From Sminthopsis crassicaudata (taxonomy: Eukaryota): a DNA stretch of 64,000 nt. The position numbers were made by a program, and so were the translations under genes. The notes under the pieces are model-generated. The model searched no databases. It had not been told where the DNA came from and saw only the letters and a list, made by a program, of their open reading frames with translations. Below, one piece after another: positions 62,882-64,000 of this stretch. Within the stretch, counting starts at the first letter, position 1. The number at the start of each line of letters is the position of its first letter. The stretch covers positions 524,857,644 through 524,921,643 of the forward strand of contig NC_133619.1 of assembly GCF_048593235.1 (NCBI RefSeq), given 5' to 3'.

Positions 62882-63040
62882 GAGTCAGAACAAGTCCTTC
62901 CATGTTGAAGGTGCTTTGAATCATGTCTTTACCCGGAGTTTACCTTTTGAAGAGTCCCAGCCCATGATCTGCAGAGTTAGACTGGATGACCATTGGCTTT
63001 CCTTCACTGTACCAGAAGCATTAGTAGGGAAAATAAACAG
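62882..63040 (+). CDS. FDXACB1: FDXACB1 exon 4 (SQNKSFHVEGALNHVFTRSLPFEE...PEALVGKINR)
   Basis: TTTTCCAG|GAGT...AG|GTAATC; 159 nt. Confidence 0.96.
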
Positions 63041-63645
63041 GTAATCTCTTATTTTTTGGAAATACCATCCATCTCAGAAGGTATACTAATTAACTTGATG
63101 GAAGCCCTTTATCCTACAAATGCTAAAGATTAATGATGATAATTATTCCTCTAAAACTGTCAGTCTATCATTCCTCAGATTCCCAGTAATTACAATTGCT
63201 ACATTTTTTAGTTTTTCATATATAAGGTAGTAGTTGGGGTTCTGAATCAGTACATTTTTGTTTATAGAAGAAGATAAGGATAGGAACTAGATCTGTAACT
63301 TCACAGATACAGAGAACTCCCAGGTAAGGAATCTCTGTCTTCCAGTGCTACTTAGCATCTTCTCTCCAACATAGTCTTAGAGAATTCCCTAGTGCACTGA
63401 AAGGTTAAGTCATTTGCTCAAGGCCACACAGACATTATGTGTCAAAGAGAACTTTTGAGCCCCAGTCTTCCTACCTTTTAGGTGGTTTCTCTAATCATTA
63501 CATTATGCTATCCTCAAAATAGTTTCTTTTATTTCTTAAACTTACTGTTAACTTCTCTTGCTGCTTATTTGTTTTTAATTCCACCTAAAGAACAGTTGTT
63601 TTTGTTTTTAAGTTAGAAGAATTATTTCTCTTTTGTATCAAACAG

Positions 63646-64000
63646 AGGTTTCCTTGAAACAAATTCAAGTCATCCTGTCAGGACTATAAATGAAAAGCTG
63701 ATTGCTGAACTCAGTAAAACTTTTTTACTTTGGAGACTGAAATGCCCCACTCCTTTGCTTCCAGAGAAAGGCTGTGATAATCCCATTGCCTGGAGCTTTG
63801 ATTCTCCATCAGCTCCTTTTTGGATCACTCCCCAAAAAGAGAAAATTCCACATTCTGAGCTGTTGGCTGATGAAACAACATGTGACATGAAGGAGTTCCT
63901 GGTGTCATTTTCAAGGCTCCATCTTCAGAAAGACCTTGAGTGGAAGGGGGAACAAGAGACCCAGAAGAAAATCCAAAGCCAAACAAAGTTCCATCTCAGA
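63646..64000 (+). CDS. FDXACB1: FDXACB1 exon 5, partial (GFLETNSSHPVRTINEKLIAELSK...), continues beyond the window
   Basis: AAACAG|AGGT; frame stays open to the window end; matches human RGFLEAPSCHPIKTINEKLIAEL. Confidence 0.93.

Overview
Marsupial genomic DNA, most likely a dasyurid. This is inferred from WSINE1-type CORE-SINEs, marsupial L1 and RTE copies, and a CpG-poor background. The window is the region syntenic to human 11q23.1 (DIXDC1 - C11orf52 - HSPB2 / CRYAB - CFAP68(C11orf1) / FDXACB1). Gene models rebuilt by eye from splice sites and reading phase: C11orf52 (-, 4 exons, 122 aa), HSPB2 (-, 2 exons, 182 aa), CRYAB (+, 3 exons, 174 aa, head-to-head with HSPB2), CFAP68 (-, 3 secure exons plus a probable first coding exon), FDXACB1 (+, exons 1-5, running off the window end, head-to-head with CFAP68), and a probable alternative first coding exon of DIXDC1 (-). 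The rest is introns and intergenic DNA rich in SINE, L1, RTE and LTR copies, with a 13-unit minisatellite and two N gaps. No CRISPR array, rRNA or intact tRNA was seen. Best leads: (1) C11orf52 reads as a lipid-anchored adaptor with no ectodomain, carrying an ITIM, an ITSM identical to PD-1's TEYATI, and a PDZ ligand. (2) A possible decayed Penelope-like element with a hammerhead-ribozyme-like core at ~42.8-43.4 kb. (3) An L1-LTR chimera and a second insert stacked at one target site that is present three times. (4) The DIXDC1 alternative exon. (5) Unusual substitutions in both small heat-shock proteins. All comparisons with other species are from memory and need alignment to confirm.
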